From an uncultured Candidatus Saccharibacteria bacterium (lineage in GTDB: Bacteria > Patescibacteriota > CAZHWT01), in NCBI GenBank assembly GCA_964597145.1, contig CAZQWH010000002.1, positions 113,232-177,231 on the forward strand: a stretch of DNA of 64,000 nucleotides. Reading direction: 5' to 3'. Position numbers and translations under genes: made by a program. Below, piece after piece: positions 17,585 to 26,509 of the stretch. The notes under the pieces are model-generated. The model saw nothing but the letters and a program-made list of their open reading frames with translations, was not told the origin of the DNA and made no database searches. Each line of letters starts with the position of its first letter. The first letter of the stretch is position 1.

Positions 17585-19687
17585 ATGACCTTTGATACTC
17601 CAGTATCGGTGCTCCCTTTTGTCGGAACTAAGTACACGCAACTATTAGACAAATTAGGCATTCGGACCGTTGGCGATTTACTCTATCACTTGCCACGCAA
17701 ATACATCGATTTATCTCAAATTACGCCCATTAACCTCCTGGTTTTGGACGAATTACAAGTTATTGAGGCCCGAGTAATCTCAGTTAAAGCCGTCCGCCTC
17801 CGAGGCGGTAAAATCATGGTGACCGCCAAGGCAGAGGACAATAGCGGCACACTACAGTTAATCTGGTTTAACCAACCGTATATCGAAAAATCGCTCGTCG
17901 TTGGTCAAACATATCGTTTTGCTGGCGAGGTTGAGGAGAAATATGGTAAATGGCAAATGATTAGCCCACAAGCTGAGCTAGCTAGCAAGCCACCAGTTCA
18001 TACCGGACGCCTAGTACCAATCTACAATCAAACTGCCGGCATCTCTTCCAAGTGGCTGCGCGCTCGAATTGCCCCATTACTATCTAAAATTCCAACCATC
18101 CACCCCGAGTTTCTACCCACCTCCACCCTAGAACGACAGTCTTTAATCCCACTACCGCAAGCTTTGCGCACCATTCATGCTCCCAAATCTCAGACAGACG
18201 CCGAGCAAGCCAAACAGCGTTTAGCCTTTGATGAGCTAGTCTTACTTCAACTGGCAGCTTTAAATCGTAAATCTAATTGGCAACAAGGACGGGCTGCGCC
18301 GGAGCTAGGAATTGAGAGATCGGAGTTAAAAGAAATAATTTCACAACTTCCATTCGAACTAACCAATTCACAACACAAAGTCCTGAACGAAATCCTACAA
18401 GATATGGCCGCCACTAAACCAATGAACCGGCTACTCGAGGGTGATGTCGGTTCGGGCAAAACCATTGTCGCTCTACTCAGCGCCTTAGTAGCAGTTAAAA
18501 ACGGGTACCAGGTGGCAGTGATGGCTCCCACCTCAGTTCTAGCCCAGCAACACTATTTATCATTTCAATCTATGATTGAAATGATAGGAGGGGGCGAGAT
18601 TATCAGTCATTCTGGAGCGAAACAGAGTGAAGAGATAGAATCTCGAGATCCTATCAGTCAGCACGCCTCCTTCCGGGATGACAAACGCATCACCATCTCC
18701 CTGCGCACTGCTAAGTCTAAGATGGAGGCAGCCAATATTACCATTGGCACCCATGCCTTAATTTCAGAGGGGCTGCAATTTAGCAACTTAGGTCTGGTGA
18801 TTATTGATGAGCAGCATCGGTTTGGAGTAGAGCAGCGCGCTACGCTGATGGCTAAGGCTAGCCAGGCAGTGCACTTGCTAACCATGACCGCTACTCCCAT
18901 TCCTCGCACTCTCGCCTTAACAGCCTACGGAGATTTGGAAGTATCAATTATCGACCAAATGCCAGTGGGCAGAGTACCAATTAAAACCCACATCGTGCCA
19001 GCCCACAAACGGGCTGATATGTATGGCTTTATGGCTCAAGCTCTAGGTAGAGGAGAGCAGGCCTATATTATTTGTCCCCTCGTTGAGGAATCGGATAACC
19101 TGCAAAGCGTGCGGGCAGCTACCACTGAGTATGAACGATTAACTAAAATTTTCCCCCAGCATCGCCTAGGATTATTGCATGGTCGCATGAAACCAGCCGA
19201 AAAAGATCAGATTTTAGCTGGCTTTAAAGATCATGCCTATGATGTATTAATAGCCACCCCAGTAGTAGAAGTAGGCATTGATGTTCCCAACGCCACCATT
19301 CTCCTAGTCGAAGGGGCAGAGCGATTTGGTTTGGCCCAATTACACCAGCTCCGAGGTCGAGTTGGACGCGGGTCTGCTCAATCCTATTGCTTCTTGCTTA
19401 GCGATAGTACCGCCGCCGAAGATTCAAGGCGCTTGCGGCATATAGAACATGAGCATAGTGGCATTAGGTTAGCCGAGATTGACCTAAAAACTCGTGGACC
19501 AGGTGAAGTGTACGGCCTGCGCCAGAGTGGACTGCCCGAACTCAAGGCAGCTAACTTTTTTGATGTAGAGCTGATTGAGCGCAGTCGGCAAGAAGCCGAG
19601 AAATTATGGCAGGATAATCTAGCCCAAACCCACCAACCCCTCCAAGCCAAGCTTAAGTCCGCTACAAAGCAAATTGAACTTAATTAA
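17585..19687 (+). CDS. recG: ATP-dependent DNA helicase RecG
   Basis: OB wedge, EGDVGSGKT, DEQHRFG, TATPIPRT, QLHQLRGRVGRG. Confidence 0.97.
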   Translation: MTFDTPVSVLPFVGTKYTQLLDKLGIRTVGDLLYHLPRKYIDLSQITPINLLVLDELQVIEARVISVKAVRLRGGKIMVTAKAEDNSGTLQLIWFNQPYIEKSLVVGQTYRFAGEVEEKYGKWQMISPQAELASKPPVHTGRLVPIYNQTAGISSKWLRARIAPLLSKIPTIHPEFLPTSTLERQSLIPLPQALRTIHAPKSQTDAEQAKQRLAFDELVLLQLAALNRKSNWQQGRAAPELGIERSELKEIISQLPFELTNSQHKVLNEILQDMAATKPMNRLLEGDVGSGKTIVALLSALVAVKNGYQVAVMAPTSVLAQQHYLSFQSMIEMIGGGEIISHSGAKQSEEIESRDPISQHASFRDDKRITISLRTAKSKMEAANITIGTHALISEGLQFSNLGLVIIDEQHRFGVEQRATLMAKASQAVHLLTMTATPIPRTLALTAYGDLEVSIIDQMPVGRVPIKTHIVPAHKRADMYGFMAQALGRGEQAYIICPLVEESDNLQSVRAATTEYERLTKIFPQHRLGLLHGRMKPAEKDQILAGFKDHAYDVLIATPVVEVGIDVPNATILLVEGAERFGLAQLHQLRGRVGRGSAQSYCFLLSDSTAAEDSRRLRHIEHEHSGIRLAEIDLKTRGPGEVYGLRQSGLPELKAANFFDVELIERSRQEAEKLWQDNLAQTHQPLQAKLKSATKQIELN
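18606..18682. repeat. REP-like palindrome inserted in frame in recG
   Basis: GTCATTCTGGA...GATAGAATCTC/GAGATCCTATC...TCCGGGATGAC; same GTCAT..ATGAC termini as 4748-4817. Confidence 0.75.
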
Positions 19688-19706
19688 ACTAATTTTTTAT
19701 TGCACA

Positions 19707-19737
19707 AGGGTCGGACCCTCTTATAGGGTCCGACCCT
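19707..19737. repeat. REP-like palindrome doublet
   Basis: AGGGTCGGACCCT-CTTAT-AGGGTCCGACCCT. Confidence 0.75.
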
Positions 19738-19824
19738 CAGGAACAGCGAGCTATTCGCAAGCCTAGCCATTAGCGTGAGGAAGTGTTAAGGTAACAACGA
19801 TTATCGTAGCAATGAACTACGCGC

Positions 19825-19871
19825 AGGCTAATAATCAACAAGTTGATTATTAGCCTATAGTATGTTATACT
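19825..19871 (+). promoter_or_regulatory. Promoter with overlapping 15-bp perfect inverted repeat
   Basis: AGGCTAATAATCAAC-AA-GTTGATTATTAGCCT overlapping TTGATT-17-(TG)TATACT. Confidence 0.65.
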
Positions 19872-19907
19872 ATTCCAACTTATCCGTCTTCACAGGAGAG
19901 GTTCGTC

Positions 19908-20249
19908 TTGAAAAACATGGCGAAGAGTTTTTGTGCATGTTGTGGGTACCACAAGCGGTTTAAGGCGCAGATGCGCCGATATTTCGAGATTGAGCGACAG
20001 GAGGCAAGCGAGAAGGGTGTTGAGGTTGGAGACTTTACTCTTAATCTCTCGCCGATCCCCCGTCCCAACTGGAAGCCAGTGAGCAATCCGCGCCGAACCG
20101 ATCGGTTCCTTCAGGGCTTGAATGCCAAGGGAGAGCTGGTCACACCGCACAACCTCAAGTTGCAGTGCAAGAAGCGGAGCATCCGACGGAATGCGGCTGC
20201 TCGGCGCAAGCATCTGCGCCAGAATGGCGAATTGCCCTACATGCAGTAG
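19908..20249 (+). CDS. Hypothetical basic protein with N-terminal Cys cluster
   Basis: AGGAGAGG SD; FCACCGYH; Arg/Lys-rich. Confidence 0.6.
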   Translation: MKNMAKSFCACCGYHKRFKAQMRRYFEIERQEASEKGVEVGDFTLNLSPIPRPNWKPVSNPRRTDRFLQGLNAKGELVTPHNLKLQCKKRSIRRNAAARRKHLRQNGELPYMQ

Positions 20250-20315
20250 TTCGAGCTATCCGCTGCCTAGCCACCTTATACCAAAGGGGTGGCTAGGCGA
20301 GGCTGGAGGATAAAT

Positions 20316-20489
20316 ATGAACGGCGCATTTGAGAACCGCACCGCTCGGCGCGACCAAAAGCGCCACCAACGCCGTCACGGTCAACGTGGCGGAACTGGCA
20401 AGCGATCCAAGCTGATCCAAGATCTTTGGATTAAGCGGGGTAAAGAGGCAGAGAAAAGAACAGCATCACAGCAGCCTACCAGCACGTAG
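20316..20489 (+). CDS. Small Arg-rich hypothetical protein
   Basis: GGAGGA SD; terminator GCAGCCTAC..GTAGGCTGC-T-run at about 20473-20505. Confidence 0.55.
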   Translation: MNGAFENRTARRDQKRHQRRHGQRGGTGKRSKLIQDLWIKRGKEAEKRTASQQPTST

Positions 20490-20769
20490 GCTGCTTTTTC
20501 TTTTACCATTTTCAATGCTTAAATAACCTCAGTTATTCCAATGTAGTAAATTGTATATTGCTAAGAGCGTCCAATTAGCACCCATATACTTGTATCACCC
20601 ATAACACACCACAAGGTCTAAACGACCATAATCATAATCATATTATTCAAACGTATTGGCAATTGAATTATGATTAAGTGACATGAGGGCGTGTGATAAG
20701 CTGAGATTGACTTTTCCTTGGCATGTAGGGTATAAGACAAGGGCTTATTGTCTTAGTAGGAGTGGCGAC

Positions 20770-21075
20770 ATGCTCAACGTGACTCTCGAGGTGCCAGTAA
20801 CGATCCGCGGTCAAGCAATCTGTGATTTCTGCAAGCAAGCAGAACATCTAGATCAGACTATTTCGGTTTCGCTGGAGGAGATAAAAGACGGCGTCACACT
20901 TTCCCACGTTTTGCCAGATGGTTGGGATCGAGTCTACAAAAGATGGTGGAACACCGACGATTATGGCAGTGGCGGAGTAAACTCCCGAGATCGATGCACA
21001 AAATGCATAACTAAGCACGCCGGGATCAGTGAGGGCTGGGATCCAAATTGGAAAAAGGTAGCTGCTTCGCATTAA
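20770..21075 (+). CDS. Hypothetical protein with two CxxC motifs
   Basis: AGGAG SD; CDFC...CTKC; TTGACT-18-TATAAG promoter; terminator about 21123-21150. Confidence 0.65.
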   Translation: MLNVTLEVPVTIRGQAICDFCKQAEHLDQTISVSLEEIKDGVTLSHVLPDGWDRVYKRWWNTDDYGSGGVNSRDRCTKCITKHAGISEGWDPNWKKVAASH

Positions 21076-21171
21076 GCTCTACCCAGCCAATGCCATACCT
21101 GCCTTCTTGGCCAATCAATTCCAATGGCACTCTCAATGAGTGCCATTTTTCTATCTTAAAGTTTTAACCAA

Positions 21172-21219
21172 CACGTTTAACCTCAAAGGTTAAATAGCTT
21201 TGAACCTAGGCTGCCCGAT
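21172..21219. repeat. Family A repeat, partial copy
   Basis: CACGTTTAACCTCAAAGGTTAAATAGCTTTGAACCTAGGCTGCCCGAT. Confidence 0.8.
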
Positions 21220-21416
21220 CTGATGTTTCAGTAATCCACCTCAGTTAATTCCTAATAAGTTATATTTAAATATAACTTATTCCAATCAAATTGGGGTGCT
21301 TCAACACTTCTCTCTCAGTGTTATACTATGCGCAATCCCATCGCGTAATGGGTGGGCAACCACATTAATCTCCACTACTCAACCTGGAGATGGAGATTAA
21401 ACAGAGAGGTGTAGAG

Positions 21417-21680
21417 ATGAACAAGCAGAGCAACCCGGGTCAATCAGGTACGCCCAGTTCTCAGGAGGACCCTTTAAGTTTCCTACACGACAGCCAAAGT
21501 TTGGAAGAGCTGAGGGCTGAAGTAGGTGATTTTACTCCAGGAGAGCAGATTGCAGTCGAACTAGCCCGATTCATTGCCAATCTACCAGTCCAACAGAAGG
21601 CTAGATTCAACCAAGAATGCCCAAATCTAGTGGAGCGGATTCTGATTGCGACCGCCCAACCGAATGAGAGCAGCCAATAA
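21417..21680 (+). CDS. Hypothetical protein
   Basis: GAGAGGTG SD; TGTTATACT extended -10; terminator about 21698-21728. Confidence 0.6.
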   Translation: MNKQSNPGQSGTPSSQEDPLSFLHDSQSLEELRAEVGDFTPGEQIAVELARFIANLPVQQKARFNQECPNLVERILIATAQPNESSQ

Positions 21681-21838
21681 CCTGGCGACTAAAAAGCACC
21701 CCCTGGCTTTAAAAAGCTAGGGGGTTTTACCAAAAGTGGCGCCACCATAGCTTCTCCAGTCTTTCCGGACAGCTCGCTCTTAAAGCCTACTGGCTGCAAC
21801 GTATTGTAAAGCTGTAGAGATTAACTATCTATCAGACA

Positions 21839-22237
21839 CTAGAAAGACGGGAAGTCAATCAAGACAAGCCGGCTAAGAATATTCCAAAAGCCAATATAGG
21901 ACAGCACCATGGCCATCAATAGCGCCAATACTAGGTACGACTTGGCGCGGGTAATAATTTGTTCGGCATGATTAATTTGAGCGGCACGCTGCCTCATATG
22001 TCGAGCCACCAGGTAGCCAATAATAACCCAGAGGATAACCGCCACGACCAAGGAGAAGATGAATATGAGAAATGCCCCACCAGCGTCAGCGAGTCCATTG
22101 TTCGTTAAAAAGATTTCGCTCAATATTCCATCTAACAACCAAACGGTAATTGCCGGTATAATAGATTGCAAGATCGTTAGGATAAGTAGTGATAGAAAAA
22201 AGTATCCTAAGTTTGCCCGTAATTGCTTGCGTGTCAT
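21839..22237 (-). CDS. Membrane protein (3 TM)
   Basis: Three hydrophobic segments. Confidence 0.65.
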   Translation of the reverse strand: MTRKQLRANLGYFFLSLLILTILQSIIPAITVWLLDGILSEIFLTNNGLADAGGAFLIFIFSLVVAVILWVIIGYLVARHMRQRAAQINHAEQIITRAKSYLVLALLMAMVLSYIGFWNILSRLVLIDFPSF

Positions 22238-22295
22238 AGCCGTAATTATACCTCTTACCCAAGATAAATCACACTAATAATTTTAGTACTGGTGG

Positions 22296-22844
22296 CTATT
22301 GTATGGTGTTGTGCATAAGAGCAGCCAGCTTACGGACGGTGTTGATGTTGCGGGCAGTGGATTTTTTATAGACCTCAGTACCAATGAGCTTAAGCATACC
22401 AGATTTATGTATATTTTCACGTATAACATGCCAAACTAGTGCGCCGGGAAAATAAAGGATTTCATCAATACCGGGTTTTATAGTCAGTTTTTGCACTATT
22501 TGGGGTGAATCAATTTCTGGCCAGAGGAAAAGCACATCACACTTTTGAGTTTTACTATCGTTTATCCATTCAGCTGGAACTTGGCCGACAATATGATCGA
22601 TAACTCCACGCTCTACAACCACCACTTTCACCGGGAATCCAAATTGAGACTCGATGGCTTGCTCTATGACAGAGGAGAGCTCAATCGTCTTAGTACCTTC
22701 TGTCGAAAATATGACATTCCCAGAGTTAATGTAGGTCGCGACTTGGGTGTAGCCCAGGCCTTCGAATAGGATTTTTAGCCGAGACATCTCGACTTTATTA
22801 TTTCCACCAACATTTATACCTCGAAGTAGAGCGGCGTAGAGCAT
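22296..22844 (-). CDS. DUF1697 domain protein
   Basis: YAALLRGINVGGNNKVEM, TYINSGNVIF, TARNINTV. Confidence 0.9.
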   Translation of the reverse strand: MLYAALLRGINVGGNNKVEMSRLKILFEGLGYTQVATYINSGNVIFSTEGTKTIELSSVIEQAIESQFGFPVKVVVVERGVIDHIVGQVPAEWINDSKTQKCDVLFLWPEIDSPQIVQKLTIKPGIDEILYFPGALVWHVIRENIHKSGMLKLIGTEVYKKSTARNINTVRKLAALMHNTIQ

Positions 22845-22850
22845 TGTATT

Positions 22851-23138
22851 TTAGTAGATATCAAATGGGGCAAATTGAACCTCATCAATATAGCACCACA
22901 TCCAGTCTTCATCGGGCTCAAAAGATTGGATAATCGGGTGCTGGGTTTGGTGAAAGTGTTGGGTGGCATGTCGATTCTTAGAATTGTCACAGCAGCCAAC
23001 ATGACCACATTCCATACACAAACGCAAATGCACCCAGGCATCGCCAGACTCTAAACACTCCTGGCAACCGTTGGGTGTTGCCGGGGCTACATCGTGTATC
23101 CGATCCAGATGAGTGCAGTGTACATCCATAACCTCCAT
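22851..23138 (-). CDS. UBP-type zinc finger protein
   Basis: CTHL, CQEC..W.HLRLCMECGHVGCCD.S..RHAT.H, WCY.DE. Confidence 0.9.
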   Translation of the reverse strand: MEVMDVHCTHLDRIHDVAPATPNGCQECLESGDAWVHLRLCMECGHVGCCDNSKNRHATQHFHQTQHPIIQSFEPDEDWMWCYIDEVQFAPFDIY

Positions 23139-23351
23139 AGTAATACATTGACGGTTAATTGCAATATATGGCTGTATTTCGACTATCTCAGGCAGAGCGC
23201 TCGTATCAAACCTTTATTTCTGTTCAAAAACCAACTGCTTTTGACTTAATCAGAGCCTGGGCCAAATTATTTACATTTAACCTATAGTTTAGTAGAATAT
23301 CAACTCAATTCGGCGACGAGTCGAATTTGCAAAAAATCAAGGGAGAGTGGC

Positions 23352-23903
23352 ATGGACACGCGGATACTAACCTTTACCCACGACGTTTCAGCGGAGTCGG
23401 TGACCGAGCTGTTATTGCAGCTACAAAAGCCTAGCGCGCCACGCCGAGTTATGATTGCCTCGGATGGGGGAACCTTCGGGTTCTTCTCGGCACTAGGTCC
23501 AGCAGTCCAGCGGTGCGGCATTACGACATTAGCCGGCGACGTCGCTTCATCGGCCTTGATACTGTATTTGCTAGGCCATCATCGGCAAGCCCTACCGGAA
23601 TCGACTTTCTTCTTTCATGAAGTTAGAGCTATCATTGGGCCCCATGGTGAAATCTCGGTGACCGACATGGAAGGCTACCTCAGTTTGGTCAACGAGCTAT
23701 CGCTGCTGCATGGCAGCGAGGTTCTCGAGCAGTACCTGGAGAAAATGCAATCGGCTCAACGATGGTTCGTATCATACTTGGCCAGCTTGACGGGAGTGCC
23801 AACTGGCACCTTCTTGAATCTGATGCGCGAGGAAGTAACACTGTCGGCTCGAGAGGCCCGTCAACACAACATTGTCCACCAGATCGTTAGTAGCCCATAC
23901 TAG
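23352..23903 (+). CDS. ClpP-like protease subunit (divergent)
   Basis: IASDGG, VASSA (Ser), FFFHE (His), LSAREA. Confidence 0.75.
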   Translation: MDTRILTFTHDVSAESVTELLLQLQKPSAPRRVMIASDGGTFGFFSALGPAVQRCGITTLAGDVASSALILYLLGHHRQALPESTFFFHEVRAIIGPHGEISVTDMEGYLSLVNELSLLHGSEVLEQYLEKMQSAQRWFVSYLASLTGVPTGTFLNLMREEVTLSAREARQHNIVHQIVSSPY

Positions 23904-24084
23904 ACAAACGAACAAGGGCAGAGCAGCGCCTTGGAGTACCTAACTCCAAGGCGCATTTTATTTGATAGGCCACAAAACTTATTAAGGCAGCACAATCGAT
24001 CTGATAATTTTCTGGAATGGTATAATGCGTGGACTGCTCACCATATGGGGTGGGCTGTATCGTTTGTCGTAGTAGGAGAAGAAC

Positions 24085-24357
24085 ATGGCTCAAGACGCAC
24101 CGCAAGGTGCTGCTCAACCAACCGATGCGAACATTGAGGATTTGGTACAAGTCAAGGTTGTGACTGGCGCAGGTAATAGCCAGGTGATCGGTTCCCTTGA
24201 GTCCGAACTTAACCGAGAGTTGAAGCGTTTACGCCAACAAGGCCACCACATTGTCGGCATTAGTTTAGGCAGCGCAGGGGAATTGGCTGGCGGTTACGGC
24301 GTGGTGGAGGGTATAGCAGCCATCATCTATCAGCCTAAAGTCCAGCCCAAGGAGTAA
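24085..24357 (+). CDS. Hypothetical protein
   Basis: AGGAG SD; TGGTATAAT extended -10 upstream. Confidence 0.65.
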   Translation: MAQDAPQGAAQPTDANIEDLVQVKVVTGAGNSQVIGSLESELNRELKRLRQQGHHIVGISLGSAGELAGGYGVVEGIAAIIYQPKVQPKE

Positions 24358-24362
24358 GCCAG

Positions 24363-24644
24363 ATGGCCGAAACAAACACCAAGAGTGCAGCGATCTCTGA
24401 GGCAGATGAAGGTGGAGCTACCGACAGTGGCTTGACTGATATCCATTTACACACCTCTGGAGGAGACGCGACCATTCAGTACGATCCAAGCACACTGGAG
24501 GTTGACGCCGACATTGGAGTAGTCTGCACCACCCTGCAGATTTTACGAGATATGGGGATACTGGCCGATGCCACCATTGTCTTGCGCACTCAAGATGGCA
24601 TTGAAACCCAGTTTATCTTAAGTGAAGTAGAGCTGGTTGACTAG
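24363..24644 (+). CDS. Hypothetical acidic protein
   Basis: AAGGAG SD; strong hairpin about 24648-24690. Confidence 0.6.
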   Translation: MAETNTKSAAISEADEGGATDSGLTDIHLHTSGGDATIQYDPSTLEVDADIGVVCTTLQILRDMGILADATIVLRTQDGIETQFILSEVELVD

Positions 24645-24777
24645 CTTATTTTCCAGTGCTCACTCCAGTTGGAGTAGGCACTGGAAATAAATTTAATTCC
24701 GAGCAGACAGCTGTAGAATATACATGCAAATATATCTACCATCTCACTAAACCTTACCCAGGTGTTATAATACCCCC

Positions 24778-25347
24778 ATGAGAATTACTGGTGGTACATC
24801 CCGCGGGTTTAATTTACGCGTTCCCCAAATTACCGATATCCGTCCGGCTCAGGAAATGGTCCGTTTAGCCGTGTTTTCGATTTTAGCCGAAGAAATCCAA
24901 GGCGCAAGCGTGTTAGACCTATACGCCGGATCTGGGTCGTATGGCTTAGAGTCATTATCTCGCGGTGCCGCCCATGCAACCTTTGTCGATAGTAACCCCT
25001 TATCCATTGAAGCCATAGAAGTTAATTCAAAGAATGCCAAGTTTTGGGGCAAAACCACTACCGTTAAATTTGATGCCATTCGCTATTTAGCTGAATCGCA
25101 TGAGACCTTCGATATAATTTTTGTCTGCCCACCGTATTCATACGGTATTCCCTCAGCCCTCCTATATAATATTGCCGACAGCCTTAGCCCAGGCGGAGTA
25201 GTAGTTTTTGACCACGCCAAAACCTCGGTTCTAGATACCAAGAACTTAGAAGGACTGGAGATTGTTGACCAGCGAAGCTATGGCGCCACTGGGGTTAGTT
25301 TCCTACGGCACGCCAGCACCAGCCAGGCTGAGGGAGCGAGCGATTAG
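24778..25347 (+). CDS. rsmD: 16S rRNA m2G966 methyltransferase
   Basis: MRITGG, VLDLYAGSGSYGLESLSRGA, CPPY (DPPY-like), RSYG. Confidence 0.9.
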   Translation: MRITGGTSRGFNLRVPQITDIRPAQEMVRLAVFSILAEEIQGASVLDLYAGSGSYGLESLSRGAAHATFVDSNPLSIEAIEVNSKNAKFWGKTTTVKFDAIRYLAESHETFDIIFVCPPYSYGIPSALLYNIADSLSPGGVVVFDHAKTSVLDTKNLEGLEIVDQRSYGATGVSFLRHASTSQAEGASD

Positions 25348-25548
25348 CATCTAGTATCTGGTAAAACAGGATATAGTGCACCCTGCAAGATGCTACATAT
25401 AAATAGCTAAATACTAACTCGCCTTTGGTAAGTTGACAGATAGAGGTCCTATAGCTTATACTCAGCCCTGCTTTGTGATCTGAAGTAATTGATGCAGATC
25501 ATAATAATGTGATAAAATTTGACTATTCTGTTAGAGGAATTTTGACCC

Positions 25549-25737
25549 ATGGGTGCACAACCAAAACGAAAAATCGGAAATGTTCAACAGCAAGTCCGAC
25601 GGGCCGCCAAGAAGCTAGAATTACAGCAACTTGCCACTTGCAGTCATTGTCAGCAGCCAGTCCGGCCACACCGCATGTGTGCCAGCTGCGGCTACTACAA
25701 AGGCAAGCCAGTTATGTCAGTTGAACATAGTCATTAA
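25549..25737 (+). CDS. rpmF: 50S ribosomal protein L32
   Basis: MGAQPKRK, CSHC..PHRMCASCGYYKG. Confidence 0.93.
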   Translation: MGAQPKRKIGNVQQQVRRAAKKLELQQLATCSHCQQPVRPHRMCASCGYYKGKPVMSVEHSH

Positions 25738-25808
25738 AATACTGTTTATAACCACTTAAGAGGAGAGGTTATTTTGCACCTTACATGCGAAGCCTATAAA
25801 GCATACGT

Positions 25809-26255
25809 ATGAAGACAAAACAAGATCCGAGGCATATTGCCCGACAAGTTGCATTAATGGCATTGTTTGAGTGGAGCTTTCACTCAGACGATACTGTGGG
25901 TATTATTGAGCATGTGTTAGCGTCGCAGGACGCGGAAATAGAAACAGACACTGCTTTAGTCACGCACTTAGTTAATGGAGCCATCGATCATTTAGAAGAC
26001 TTAGATGCCCGGATAACGGCTGCAGCTCCAGAATGGCCCAGAGACCAGATCGCCAAGATCGATATCTGCATTTTGCGTTTAGCCGGCTATGAGTTGCACC
26101 ACACTAAAACACCGCAGAAGGTAATTATCGACGAAGCAGTAGAGCTAGCCAAGGAATATGGCGGCGATACTTCTTCCAAATTTGTAAACGGAGTGCTCGG
26201 CACTCTAGCCAAGGACATTACAACCAAACAACAGGTAACCAACCAGGAATCATAA
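25809..26255 (+). CDS. nusB: Transcription antitermination factor NusB
   Basis: RHIARQVALMALF, IDICILRL, IDEAVELAKEYG, FVNGVLG. Confidence 0.95.
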   Translation: MKTKQDPRHIARQVALMALFEWSFHSDDTVGIIEHVLASQDAEIETDTALVTHLVNGAIDHLEDLDARITAAAPEWPRDQIAKIDICILRLAGYELHHTKTPQKVIIDEAVELAKEYGGDTSSKFVNGVLGTLAKDITTKQQVTNQES

Positions 26256-26261
26256 ACTGCC

Positions 26262-26507
26262 ATGAATCAAACCATTGAGCAAATAAACCACTACGTAGCC
26301 GAATCCTTTGGATATGAAGTGGATGAAGTCCAACCAGATTATGATTTGCGTGGCGATTTTAATGCCAGTGAATTAGAATTATCCGATTTAATCGCCTTGC
26401 TGGAGACGGTGTTTGAGATTGAAATTTCGGCTGAAGAAGTGCGTCGACTAACCACAGTGAGCGACTTGCACGAGCTTATCATGGATAAGCTCAACGAAGT
26501 AAGTTAA
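26262..26507 (+). CDS. Acyl carrier protein-like (DSL motif degenerate)
   Basis: ACP-like size, acidity and FEIEI...TV.D pattern; acp-rnc synteny. Confidence 0.75.
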   Translation: MNQTIEQINHYVAESFGYEVDEVQPDYDLRGDFNASELELSDLIALLETVFEIEISAEEVRRLTTVSDLHELIMDKLNEVS

Positions 26508-26509
26508 TT

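Noticed and set aside
732-21219. CRISPR array from the palindromic repeats
   Set aside because: Copies are dispersed over kilobases with no regular repeat-spacer period, and there are no cas genes.
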